Below are positions 39,238-51,475 of a stretch of DNA of 64,000 nucleotides, in pieces. Position numbers and translations under genes: made by a program. This DNA comes from Mobula hypostoma. Taxonomy: Eukaryota. Position 1 is the first letter of the stretch. Each line of letters opens with the position of its first letter. Location: NCBI RefSeq assembly GCF_963921235.1, contig NC_086108.1, positions 23,684,001 to 23,748,000 of the forward strand, given 5' to 3'. The notes under the pieces are model-generated. The model was not told the origin of the DNA. It searched no databases and saw only the letters and a program-made list of their open reading frames with translations.

Positions 39238-42130
39238 GAGTTGAGGGCGTGGATTGAAAGGTGGAATTATGATGTTATAGCAATTAGTGAAACTTGGCTA
39301 CAGGAGGGGCAGGACTGGCAGCTTAATATTCCAGGGTTCCGATCTTTCAGATGTGATAGAGGCAGAGGAATGAAAGGTGGGGGGGTGGTAGCATTGCTTG
39401 TCAGGGAAAATATTACAGCAGTGCTCAGGCAGGACACATTAGAGGGCTTGTCTACTGAGTCCTTACGGGTGGAGCTGAGAAACAGGAAAGGTATGGCCAC
39501 ATTAGTGGGGTTGTATTATAGACCACCCAATAGTCAACGAGACTTGGAAGAGCAAATCTGCAGAGAGATAGCAGGCAACTGAAGGAAACATAAAGTTGTA
39601 GTGGTAGGGGATTTTAATTTTCCACATATTGATTGGGACTCCCATACTGTTAGGGGTCTAGATGGGTTAGAGTTTGTAAAATGTGTTCAGGAAAGTTTTC
39701 TAAATCAATATATAGAGGTACCAACCAGAGGGGATGCAATATTGGATCTCCTGTTAGGAAGCGAGTTAGGACAAGTGACGGAAGTCTGTGTAGGGGAGCA
39801 CTTTGGTTCCAGTGATCATAACACCAATAGTTTCAACTTGATCATGGATAAAGATAGATCTGGTCCTAGGGTTGAGGTTCTGAACTGGAAGAAGGCCAAA
39901 TTTGAAGAAATGAGAAAGGATCTAAAAAGCGTGGATTGGGACAGGTTATTCTCTGGCAGGGATGTGATCGGTAAGTGGGAAGCCTTCAAAGGAGAAATTT
40001 TGAGAGTGCAGAGCTTGTATGTTCCTGTCAGGATTAAAGGCAAAGTGAATAGGAATAAGGAACTTGGTTCTCAAGGGATATTGCAACTCTGATAAATAAG
40101 AAGAGAGAGTTGTATGGCATGTATAGGAAACAGGGAGTAAATAAGGTGCTTGAGGAGTATAAAAAGTGCAAGAAAATACTTAAGAAAGAAATCAGGAGGG
40201 CTAAAAGAAGACATGAGGTTGCCTTGGCAGTCGAAGTGAAGGATAATCCAAAGAGCTTTTACAGGTATATTAAGAGTAAAAAGATTGTAAGGGATAAAAT
40301 TGGTCCTCTTGAAGATCAGAGTGGTCGGCTATGTGTAGAACCAAAAGAAATGGGGGAGATCTTAAATGGGTTTTTTGCGTCTGTATTTACTAAGGAAACT
40401 GGCATGAAGTCTATGGAATTAAGGGAAACAAGTAGTGAGATCATGGAAACTGTACAGATCGAAAAGGAGGAGGTGCTTGCTATCTTGAGGCGAATTAAAG
40501 TGGATAAATCCCCAGGACCTGACAGGGTATTCCCTCGGACCTTGAAGGAGACTAGTGTTGAAATTCCAGAGGCCCTGGCAGATATATTTAAAATGTCGGT
40601 GTCTACGGGTGAGGTGCCAGAGGATTGGAGAATGGCTCATGTTGTTCCATTGTAACGAAGACCAATTTCCCCTGGGATCAATAAAGTATGACTATGACTA
40701 TGACTATGTTTAAAAAAGGATCGAAAGGTAATCCGGGAAATTATAGGCTGGTAAGTTTGACGTCGGTAGTGGGTAAGTTATTGGAGGGAGTACTAAGAGA
40801 CAGAATCTACAAGCATTTGGATAGACAGGGACTTATTAGGGAGAGTCAACATGGCTTTGTGTGTGGTAGGTCATGTTTGACTAATCTATTGGAGTTTTTC
40901 GAGGAGGTTACCAGGAAAGTGGATGAAGGGAAGGCAGTGGATGTTGTCTACATGGACTTCAGTAAGGCCTTTGACAAGGTCCCACATCGGAGGTTAGTTA
41001 GGAAAATTCAGTCGCTTGGTATACATGGAGAGGTGGTAAATTGCGTTAGACATTGGCTCAATGGAAGAAGCCAAAGAGTGGTAGTAGAGAATTGCTTCTC
41101 AGAGTGGAGGCCTGTGACTAGTGGAGTGCCACAGTGCTGGGTCCCTTGTTATTTGTCATCTATATCAATGATCTGGATGATAATGTGGTAAATTGGATCA
41201 GCAAATTTGCTGATGATACAAAGATTGGAGGTGTAGTGGACAGTGAGGAAGGTTTTCAAAGCCTGCAGAGGCATTTGGACCAGCTGGAAAAATGGGCTGA
41301 AAAATGGCAGATGGAGTTTAATACAGACAAGTGTGAGGTATTGCACGTTGGAAGGACAAACCAAGGTAGAACATACAAGGTAAATGGTAAGGCACTGAGG
41401 AGTGCAGTAGAACAGAGGGATCTGGGAATACAGATACAAAATTCCCTAAAAGTTGCGTCACTGGTAGGTAGGATCGTAAAGAGAGCTTTTGGTACATTGG
41501 CCTTTATTAATCAAAGTATTGAGTATAAGAGCTGGAATGTTATGATGAGGTTGTATAAGGCATTGGTGAGGCCGAATCCGGAGTATTGTGTTAGTTTTGG
41601 TCACCAAATTACAGGAAGGATATTAATAAGGTTGAAAGAGTGCAGAGAAGGTTTACAAGGATGTTGCCGGGGTTTGAGAAACTCAGTGACAGAGAAAGAT
41701 TGAATAGGTTAGGATTTTATTCTCTGGAGCATAGAAGAATGAGGGGAGATTTGATAGAGGTATATAAAATTATGATGGGTATAGATAGAGTGAATGCAAG
41801 CAGGCTTTTTCCACTGAGGCAAGGGGAGAAAAAAACCAGAAGACATGGGTTAAGGGTGAGGGGGGAAAAGTTTAAAGGGAACATTAGGGGGGGGCTTCTT
41901 CACACAGAGAGTGGTGGGAGTGTGGAATGTGCTGCCAGACAAGGTGGTAAATGTGGGTTCTTTTTTAACATTTAAGAATAAATTGGACAGATACATAGAT
42001 GGGAGGTGTATGGAGGGATATGGTCAGTGTGCAGGTCAGTGGGACTAGGCAGAAAATGGTTCGGCACAGCCAAGAAGGGCCAAAAGGCCTGTTTTTGTGC
42101 TGTAGTTTTTCTATAGTTTCTATGGTTTCT
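39238..42130 (+). mobile_element. CR1-clade LINE with nearly complete but broken ORF2 (APE endonuclease plus RT), nested in L1
   Basis: YDVIAISETWL, YYRPPNS, VGDFNFP, SDHN, QHGF, YMDFSKAFDKVPH and KFADD; (tttctatrg) tail; TSD aagac at 39233-39237 and 42131-42135. Confidence 0.96.
40654..40706 (+). mobile_element. 53-bp retroposon 3' tail inserted in the CR1
   Basis: ccaatttcccctgggatcAATAAAg plus (TATGAC)n splits the VPL/FKKG codons; tgt is duplicated at 40651-40653 and 40707-40709. Confidence 0.85.
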
Positions 42131-42858
42131 AAGACCCTGGGCAAAGTCCACACGCCCCTCGGGAGGAGATGGAAGGACATTAAGAGCTCGGACTAGCCTG
42201 TATGCGCAATCTAACAAGCATGGGCAAGTTAACATTCTAGGTGTGAAGTTTTCCGGTTATTCTTTTATTGGAAAGTCATTCGTTGCGCCTTTGTATTTAG
42301 TTAATTAAGGGACCAATTTGTTTGCTGACTATTGCAGGTCAGAGTTTTAAGTTAATATTCAATACACCCAAATGTAATACTTCATCAAGAATGAAGCTGA
42401 AAAACAGCAGGTTGTTCTGATTAACTTTAGAATGTTATGTCTCCAGTAGACTTGTTTACATTTCTGAGCACCAGATAAGACGTCATTGGCGCTATCGCTA
42501 AGCGACGGTCTTTTGAAGCGACAGTTTCTTGGAAGATAGCTGTTGGGACCTTGATTATGTGTTACTGTATACTATATTTGAGACGGAAACGGTTTTACTT
42601 ATATAGGTTAACGGGTTTGTCCAAGTTTCTTTTTTCTTGTCTCTTTGATATGATTGTCTATGAGAACTGCTTTGCCTTTCTAATTTGTTGGTGCTGGAAG
42701 GGGGGCCGTTGATGTCAGTGTTCAGTGTCTGACATTGCTAAGTGACACTCACAGATGTTACAAAGTAAAGGGGTGTACGTGAGGGGCGGTGGGAGGGGGG
42801 TGGGAGGGGGGAAACTCAGGGCTCCACCACCAACTTACAACAACAGATCCAGGGAAAG

Positions 42859-45800
42859 ATGAGCAACAAAGATAAAATAGAAAATCTTACTATTGTACCA
42901 TTTAATGTTACAGGATTAAACTCTCCCTACAAGCGTTCAAAGGTTTTAGATTTCTTACGCAGAAAGAAAATAGATATTGCGCTGTTACAGGAAACACATC
43001 TTAAACCTAATGACATTCCCAGGGTTCAAAACCGTTTTTATAAACCCATTGTGGCATCAGCTGATGGTACTCCTACGAAAGGAGTTATGATAGTAATGAG
43101 ACGTAATATTAATGCATCAATTGAAAGGACGGGCGCCGAAAATAAAGGACGTCTAGCTTTTTGTTGCACACCCATTCAGGGTAAAAAATTTGCATTCATT
43201 AGCCTATATGCCCCAACTATATTCGAGGTTGAATTTTTTCCATCAATTACCTCACAATTACTGAAGTTAAGTGACTACCAACTATATGTTGGTTCGGACA
43301 TGGATGCTTTGGTAAACATTAACCTCGATAAATCTTCCTCAACTATATCAAGCTCTCAAGAACCTGCTTCCAAAGCACTTAACCTTTTTCTAACGGATTT
43401 AAATTTAACGGATGTGTGGAGGCTGCATAATCCATCTGCTAAAGATGGATTATGCACCCATCTTCTTCTCCACAAGACATAAAACTTTCTCTCGGATAGA
43501 TTACATTCTTATATCCTCCGGTCTGCTGCCTTTAGTACACTCAATAGAATTTTTGCCCAGACATCTATCTGATCACAACCCAGTCATATCTACTTTTAAT
43601 TATGGCAAAATTAAAAATAAGGCTACTAGGTGGAGGTACTAGGCTTCTAAAAAATGATGAATTTCTATCACAACTGAGAAAAAAACTGACAGAATTTATA
43701 AATTTAAATAAAAATAGTGTCTCAGATGTGACAGTGATTTGGGCCTCCGTAAAGGGTTTTTTACGAAATAATGCTATATGGTTCAGTTCCCATCTACATA
43801 AAAACCGGCTTCAAAAGATTTCCGCCTTAGAAGAAGAATGTAAGGTTTTGGAAAATTATCTCAAAGGGATATACACCATAACAAAAGAAAACGAGCTTAA
43901 AACAAAACAAGCAGAATTAAATGATTTATTAAGAAGAAGGGCAGAATATATGGTCCATATAACCAAACATAAGTATTATGCAGAAGGCAGCAGACCAAGC
44001 CATCTTTTAGCTCTTACGCTCAAACAACAGGAAACTAAAAGGTCTATACCAGCGATTAGATGTGCTAAATGTGGAGTAGTATCTTCAACAGAGGAAATAA
44101 ATGAGACATTCAAGAATTACTTTAAAGAATTGTATACAAATGGCTCAGTTCCTTCTGAGAATGACTTCACAGATTTTTTTAGTGGATTAGACCTCCCTAC
44201 GTTGTCATTAGAGGACAGCAAAACTCTAGACTCTCCTATTACACTGGATGAGCTACTCAAAGCAGTTAAAGCTACAAATAAGGGCCATACGCCAGGCATA
44301 GATGGCATACCTGTGGAACTTTACCCAGCACTTTGGGATATTCTTGGGCCAGTATGGTTAGAAACATTAAATTATGCTTTTGGAAATGGCGCTTTCCACA
44401 GCCCTGATCACAGTTATACCTAAGCCCGGTAAGGACCCCTTGGAGTGTGCCAATTACCATCCAATCTCCTTGATAAATGCCGACCTCAAGATATTTTCCA
44501 AAGTCTAAGCCAGTAGATTTGAGACAGTAGTTGGGAAACTAATTAGCCCAGATCGAGCGGGCTTTATCAAGGGGTGTCTCGCATCTGATAATATTCGCTG
44601 GCTCTTACACGTACTGAGTGCAACACATAAAATCCTGCCTGCCTGTGGCCTGCTACTTCTAGATGCTGAAAAAGCGTTCGATTGCCTTGAATGGCCATAT
44701 CTTTGGAGAGTTCTAAAAGAATTTAAGTTTGGCGATAAATTTACCAATATGATTCAAACACTGTATGCTAATCCTTCAGCCCGGGTATGTGTGGGAGGAG
44801 GTTTCTCAGAGTTATTTGACATAGGACAGGGTACACGACAAGGAGACCCTTAGTCTCCTTTAATTTTTACTATATCTATTGAACCGCTTGCACATTTAAT
44901 TAGAAACTCTCCTCAGATCTCCCCTATTACAATAGGTACAACATTGCATTCAATATCACTTTACGCGGATGACACGCTAGTTTATATGGCAAACGTTCAA
45001 CAAACTCTCCCCTATGTTTTAAAAACACTGGAGCAATTTGGATTTCTTTCAGGATACAAAGTTAATTTGTTAAAATCAGCACTGATGCTGATTAATACGG
45101 ATAAAAGTAAGGTGTCTTTTCCTCCCCAGATTAAAGTTACAAATGAAGTCCTCTACTTGGGTATTAAAGTTAATACTTCCCTATCATCTGTGGCTAAAAC
45201 AAATTACTTTTTAATTCTGAAAAAAAATAGAAGAAGATATTAATAGATGGAGACACCTGCCAGCATCAGTCCCGGCCCATATATCGGTCATTAAAATGAA
45301 CATCTTGCCCCGCATTAATTTTATCAGCTCAATGATTCCACTTGCACCTCCAGCAGGATATTGGCAAAAACTGGACTCCTTACTACGATGCTGTGTTTGG
45401 AATGGTAAAAAACCCAATATAAAATGGTCAGCACTACAATTCAAAAAGTCGAGTGGGGGATTGGCATGTCCAAACTTTAAATTGTATCACTGGGCATTTG
45501 TATTAAAAAGTCTTAGCGATTTGATGGAGGGGGATAAAGTTTCATCATGGAAAAATATAGAACAAGAGCTAATAGCACCAATAAGGTTGAAGGACTTTCT
45601 CCTTATTGGTATGTCAACCAAAAAGTGTTATTTGTATTACAGTCCAATTTTAACCCATATGCTACAAGTGTTTAGAGCAGCAGAAAAATTCCTAAAACTT
45701 AAAAGCGTATGGTGCAAATCATCTCCATTATGGAACAATAATTGTTTTCTATCTGGGGGGAAACCATTCACTAACAGAACTTGGGAGGATAAAGGTATTA

Positions 45801-46637
45801 CTACTCTTCAAGATATTAATGGAGCAAGTACTATCCTTAGCTTTCAAGAACTCATATCTGGATATAATATTGATAAACACTCTCTTTTCTTCTACTTTCG
45901 AGTAAGATCAGCTTGTAAAGCCTACGGGGTTCCCTGGGGGTCAGATTTAAAGGACCATCCCATTTTAAGCTGGATACAGAGTGCTCCAGGACAGATAGTG
46001 TCATATATCTATGATAAATTAAACTCCCAGTATTATAAGCCCACATCGGGAATGAAAGCTTGGGATAAGGACATATCTGAATTGGGACAAGACTTAGACT
46101 GGGATGCGATTTGGGATAATGCTGCCGGTGCTTCGAAAAACCCAAATCATTGGTATATACACTTGAAATTTTGTCATAGAGCATATTTGACACCGAGAAT
46201 TAGACATCAAATGGGACTGGTTCCTGACCCTTATTGCTCATTTTACCCCCATGGAGCCATTGGCTCTTTTATACATGCTGTATGGGAATGTCCAGGGGTT
46301 TTTGATTTGTCGGGGAAGGTTATCAGTACTCTTACAGAACTAACAGTGGTACAATTACTAGTGGACCGCACTTTACATCTTCTAAATGATGATTCCTGCC
46401 TTTCCCTTATGGAAAAAGCACAGAAAAGTCTGGCTGGCAGGCCTGACTGCAGCTAAGAAGATTGTAGTCCAGCGTTGGAAACCTCCCCATGATATTTCAA
46501 ATACTCACTGGCTTCAGAGCTTTTTGGACATTTCTTACCCGGAACTTTCATCAGCAAGAGTAAATGATGCACAACCAAACACAATCTTAATGTGGACAAA
46601 TTTGATATCTAACTTCAAAGATCTTTTGTTAAAATAG
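42859..46637 (+). pseudogene. L1 ORF2 (APE endonuclease, RT, C-terminal Cys/His knuckle), multiple frameshifts and stops
   Basis: FNVTGLNSPYKR, LLQETHL, SRIDY, SDHNPV, TPGIDG, LDAEKAFD, GTRQGDP, SLYADD, KMNILPR, GGLACPNF and HAVWECP are spread over ORFs 42859-46637. Confidence 0.95.
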
Positions 46638-47931
46638 AAATACTCTGTCTGTGTATGTACTACTATTCAGTTGGTTGGTGGAGGGGAGAGGGATGGTGGG
46701 GTGAGAGGGGTAGAGGGGGGATGGTGATGAAGGTTGGGGGTGGCTGGGTTAAACAGTCAAAATGTAATTGGCAACTGGTTGTATTGAATGTAATTTGCTG
46801 GTGTTGCAATAAAAAATTAATAATAAAAAAAATCATTACACGAAGTTAACTTGATGATCCAGTGTAGCATAAAAATTGCTAGTTGCAGAAAAAAATCAAA
46901 CACAGGCCCATTTATGAATCTCTTCAGTCCTCACATTCCTTTGTCTCTGATCATTAGCATAAGCATGTACAAGGGAAAACTCCTCTCTGCAGAAGCCGTG
47001 GAATCCTAACATCATTCAAGCTAATGTAAAAATAATGACATGAATAAATGTATGAGGTATTTTTAATCAAAAATTGCAAATGTTAATCAGCAGAGCTATC
47101 CTAGGTCAGACAGATGCTCTCAGGTTAGACTGTTCTCCAGAATGAGGAGGAGCATTTGGGGTAGTGTTGACAATCTCAGCACAAAATGGCTTTAGCTCGA
47201 AACTTCTTTTGCTCCTAACATAAACTCTGGCCTACTGCCAGCTAATGTGCTTGCTATTTCTTACCTGCACAGGAAGTGACCTAAGACACTCAAAAATAAT
47301 ATTCTATTCCAGCAGACCCATTGCTTGTAGGTTGATGTCATATTGCTTAGAAGTTAATCTAAAGGTATCAATATGATTTTGCTGAAATAGAATGTTATTT
47401 CTGAGTTTATTAAACACTAATTTAGATGCTAATGGTTTACACATACTATTTACCTGTAGTATTTACTTGTCGGAATCTTAACTAAACACTTGCTCATCTG
47501 TGCATAATTACTTGTGTGAATAGAACAACACAATAATTGGACTTTATGCTTTTCAGTTTTACTCCTTATTCACTGTGACGTGCCATTGAGTCTGCAATAA
47601 ACCCAAGGAGCTAGGAGACTGCACCCTGACTCTCATGTCATTTCTAAATGGAGCTTAGCTGACTGTCCAGTTGATATTGCAATACCTCAGCAAGGGCAGT
47701 ACAGTAATTGTGTTGGCATGGACTGAAGATTGCTATTTGCACAGAAGGTCAGTTTGAATGGGTCTTTTCAAACTGGAAGGATGTAATTAGTGGAGAGGTG
47801 CAACAACCATACCTGGGCTCTCAGTTATTTAAGATTTGTATTAATGACCACCTGGAGGGAGAAGCAAGGTATCCAAGCTGCCCGTGCAGTCAAAAATAGG
47901 AGGGAATGCACCTCGAAATATGGATATTTTG

Positions 47932-49121
47932 GACTCCAAAACTGGCCACTTCATTGAGCACATCTGTACACCTGTTCGTCAATGCAGGTATCTAATTTGG
48001 GGGAGGAGAAGATGGTGGCCTAACGCAGTGTGCGCGGCCGCTCTGAATGATATTGTATTTGTGAACTAGGATGCCGTGCACAATCCTGATTTGATGGAGA
48101 CAGCTGTGAGAAGCACAGAGGAACATCTGGAGAAACTTCTGAAATGCCTGCTTCGCTGCCACTGCTACTGTGCGATCGAGAATCTCCAGAGGGGAAGGCC
48201 CCAAATCCTCGGCTTTGCCTATCGCCTGTTGCCAGGGCCGGGGTCGAAGCACTCGGTAGAGATAGTGCTCGGTGCTCGGTGTCGGAGAGCTGGTCGGAGG
48301 CTCGAAGTTTTCGGACGGACTCAGAGTCAGAAGTGGTTGGGTGCTTCCAGGATGCTGCATTGGCAAGTTTGTGGTCTCCCTTCAACCGTCTGCATGAGAT
48401 GATGGGACTTTCGAGAGACTTTGAGAATTTTTACAGTGCCCATGGTCTGTACTTCTATCAAATTACCGTTTTGCTTATGCTGTTGTAACGATATGTTATA
48501 ACTATGTGGTTTTTGTCAGTTTTTTTAGTCTTGGTTTGTCTCGTGTTTCTGTGATATCATTCTGGAGGAACAAATTTTATCATTTCTTAATGCATGCATT
48601 ACTAAATGACAATAAAAGAGGACTACGTGTCCTCATAATCTAATCTAATCTAATCTAATCTAATAAACCATTCATGTGGCAGCAACTCATTGCACAAAAG
48701 CATTTAGACGTGGTCAAGATATTCAGCTGTTGTTCAGACCAAACATCAAAATGGGAAAGAAATGTGATCTCAGTGACTTTGGCCTTGGAATGGTGGCAAC
48801 TTACCCAAGTGTTCATTCCTGGGATTTCTACATACACTTGGCTCTGAGTTTTCAAAAAATGGTGCAAGAAGCAAAAAAAAAATCAAGCGGGTAGCTGTTC
48901 TATGGGCAAAAATGCCTGGTTAGTAAGAGAGGATAGAGGATAATGGGCAGACTGGTTCAAGCTGACAGGAGGACAACAGTAACTCAAATAACTACTGCAG
49001 AAGAGCATCTCCGAATGCACAACATGTGGAACCTTGAGTGGAAGGGCTACAATAGTTGAAGGCTATGGACGTACTCAGTGACCACTCTATCAGGTCCCTA
49101 ATAAAGTAGCAACTGAGTGTA
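47932..49121 (+). mobile_element. Non-autonomous Tc1-like transposon with transposase N-terminal remnant
   Basis: Left TIR-like tggccacttcattgag near 47943; MGKKCDLSDF from 48751 and RLVQADRRTTVTQIT downstream; right end cctaataaagtagcaactgagtg followed by TA. Confidence 0.8.
47997..48664 (+). mobile_element. Non-autonomous non-LTR retroposon (about 670 bp) inserted in the Tc1 element
   Basis: CpG-rich body, head gaagatggtggc, AATAAA, gaggac/gtcctc hairpin and (CTAAT)n tail; atctaat flanks both sides. Confidence 0.85.
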
Positions 49122-49124
49122 TGT

Positions 49125-49392
49125 GGAGAGAGAGACCTGTGGGTGGGGAGAGAAAGGGGGAGAGGAGATGAGAAGAGGTGGGGGAAAGGGGAGAGAGTGG
49201 GGGGAAGGGGAGAGAGTGAGGGGGAGGGAAGGGAAGAAGGGGAGAAAGGAATGAGAAAAGGGAGGAGATGGATGAGTGGGGGTAGAGAGGGAGAAGAGGA
49301 GTGAGAGAGGAGAAAAAATGGGAATAACAGAGGGGTGAATGGAGAAGAAGAGAGGGGAAGGGGAGAGAGAGAAAGAGGGTGCAAAAGAGAGG
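49125..49392 (+). repeat. GA-rich low-complexity tract
   Basis: Almost entirely purine (ggggagag/ggaag runs). Confidence 0.9.
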
Positions 49393-49460
49393 CAAGTGAT
49401 TTGGCAAGAATGGTTGCATGTCAGAGGAATAGATTACAGGGAAATAAGGTAAAAAATGTA

Positions 49461-49622
49461 GCCAGCTAGTGGCGTAGTGGCATCAGTGCTGGAGCTTTCC
49501 ATCTGTGCTTGGTTGAACGTTGAGCTAGCAACTCGGCCTCGTAAAAATAAGAAAGCCTGTTAAAAAAACACCATCATGACGGCGCCCCGATGATTCCACT
49601 CAGAGTTAGGGCTAAAAAAAGA
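49461..49622 (+). mobile_element. Short SINE-like element
   Basis: A-box-like agtggcgtagtgg head, CpG-containing body and A-rich end. Confidence 0.4.
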
Positions 49623-50004
49623 GGTATAAAATGGGATTTGCTCTGAGAAATGGCATAGATCCAAAGGGCTTCCTTCTAAGCCATTAAAAACATGAGAAGT
49701 AAGAAACAAACATGGAAATGTTCAAATATACAAACAATAATTTCAAAGGACATTAATCCAAATCCATCAATATATTTAGCATGGAAAAATTCCTGTGCAA
49801 TATCTGCACCCACCTATCCCCTCTCTCCTCTGCCCTCAACTAACCCAGTAACAAAATAGGGAACAATTTTTGCCAATCCTTTCCAGCAGTCTCAAAATCT
49901 TCGTAAGTGATGGTATTAACTAATTTCACCCGGCAAAATTAAAATGAGTGGCATAATATGAGGAGGACATTACATAAAATTCACCTCCACCTCAAATGAG
50001 ACTA

Positions 50005-51475
50005 TAATACCAGAAGACATAGGAGCAGAAGTAGGCCATTCCAATCAAGACTATGCTGCCATTGTCATCGTGAATAATTTATTATATATCTTAACCTCAT
50101 TCTTTTGCCTTCTCCGCATAACTTTTGATGACTTTGCTCATGAAGAATCTATCAAACTTCACTCTAAATGTACTTAATGACTTGGCCTCCACAGCTGTAT
50201 GTGGCAAAGAATTCCACAGATTCACTACCATCTACCTAAATATATTCCTCCTCATCATCCTTCTAAAGAGACATACTTCTATTCTGAGGCTGTACCCTCT
50301 GGCATTAAACTCCTTCACTATGTGAAACTTCCTCTCCACATCCACTCTATCTCCACCTTTCAATATTCAATAGGCTTCAATGAGATCTCCACTCATTCTT
50401 CTAAAGTCAGCGAGTAAAGGCCAGAGCCATCAAACGCCCTTCAAACATTAACTCTTTCATTCTTGCGATCATTCTCGTGGACCTCCTCTGGGCCCTCTCC
50501 AATATTAGCGCATCCTTTTTGAAACAGAAACATAGAACACCCAATTTCCCTCGGGATCAATAAAGTATATCTATTTATCTATCTAAAACCTACAGCACCA
50601 TACAGGCCCTTCAGCCACAAAGCTGTGCTGAACATGTACTTACTTTAGAAATTACCTCGGGTTATCCATAGCCCTCTATTTTTCTAAGCTCCACGAACCT
50701 ATCCAGGAGTCTCTTAGAAGACCCTATTGTTTCCCCCTCCACCTCCGTCGCCGGCAGCCCGTTCTGCGTAAAAAACTTACCCCTGACATCCCCTCTGTAC
50801 CTACTTCCAAGCACCTTAAAACTGCGTCCTCTCATGTTAGCCATTTCAACCCTGGGAAAAAGCCACTGACTATCCACATGATCAATGCCTCTCTTCATCT
50901 TATACACCTCTATCAGGTCACCTCTCATCCCACGTCGCTCCAAACAGAAAAGGCTAGGTTCACCCAACCTATTCTCATAGGCATACTCCATGTGTGGCCT
51001 GATCAATGCCTTATAAATCCTCAACATTACATCCTGGTTTTTGTATTCTAGTCCTCTTGAAATGAATATTAACATTGCATTTGCCTTCCACATCACTTCT
51101 CAGACCTTCTGCAGCCTGCCCCTCCACCTACCTTTGTATTGTTTGCAAACTTGGTCACAAAGCCATCAATTCCATCATTTAAATCACTGACATATCATGT
51201 GAAAAGAAGTGGTCCCAACACCGAACCCTACGGAACACCACTTGCCACTGGCAGCCAACCAGAAAAAGCCCCCATTATTCCCACTCTTTGCCTCCTGCCA
51301 GTCAACCAATTTTCTATCTTGTATCTTTCCTGTAATACCATTTGCTCTTATCTTGTTAAGCAGCCTCATGTGTGGCACCTTTTCAAAGGCCTTCTGAAAA
51401 TCCAAGTAAACAACTTCCAATGATTGTCCATTGTCCATTATGTCTGTTATTTCCTCAAAGAGTTCCAGCAGATCT
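50005..51475 (-). mobile_element. CR1 fragment split by a second CR1 (host about 50005-50522 and 50980-51475)
   Basis: Tail agacataggagcagaagtaggcc; minus ORF 51184-51438 contains VVYLDFQKAFEKVPH. Confidence 0.85.
50523..50979 (-). mobile_element. Nested CR1 3' fragment whose tail contains a 48-bp plus-strand retroposon tail (50538-50585)
   Basis: LERRGMRGDLIEVYK...RGKFFTQ. The tail gaaacatagaa/aaacctacagc is split by ccaatttccctcgggatcaataaag(tatc)n. Confidence 0.8.

Larger units (their letters stand above)
38365..42183 (+). pseudogene. L1 ORF1 (coiled coil plus RRM/CTD, Transposase_22-like), with premature stops and a CR1 insertion
   Basis: ATG at 38365 (MASKKDRNST); in-frame TAA TAA at 38494-38499; motifs LEDRSRRNNVRLVNLP, LEIDRAHR and LQFFADYS; TAA at 39208. 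Excising the CR1 gives ...DIEED-PGQSPHAPREEMEGH-stop at 42181-42183. Confidence 0.9.
38229..46833 (+). mobile_element. Full-length, inactivated L1-clade LINE (about 5.7 kb plus a 2.9-kb nested CR1)
   Basis: 5' ggacttccgg...caagatggcag head, ORF1, long inter-ORF spacer, ORF2, G-rich 3' UTR, AATAAA and A-rich tail. Flanks aaaaaattc (38220-38228) and aaaaaaatc (about 46826-46834) are a probable TSD. Confidence 0.95.

Noticed and set aside
47992..48488. Four overlapping ORFs of 108-124 aa
   Set aside because: They lie in a GC-rich non-autonomous repeat where stops are rare, and no domain is recognisable.
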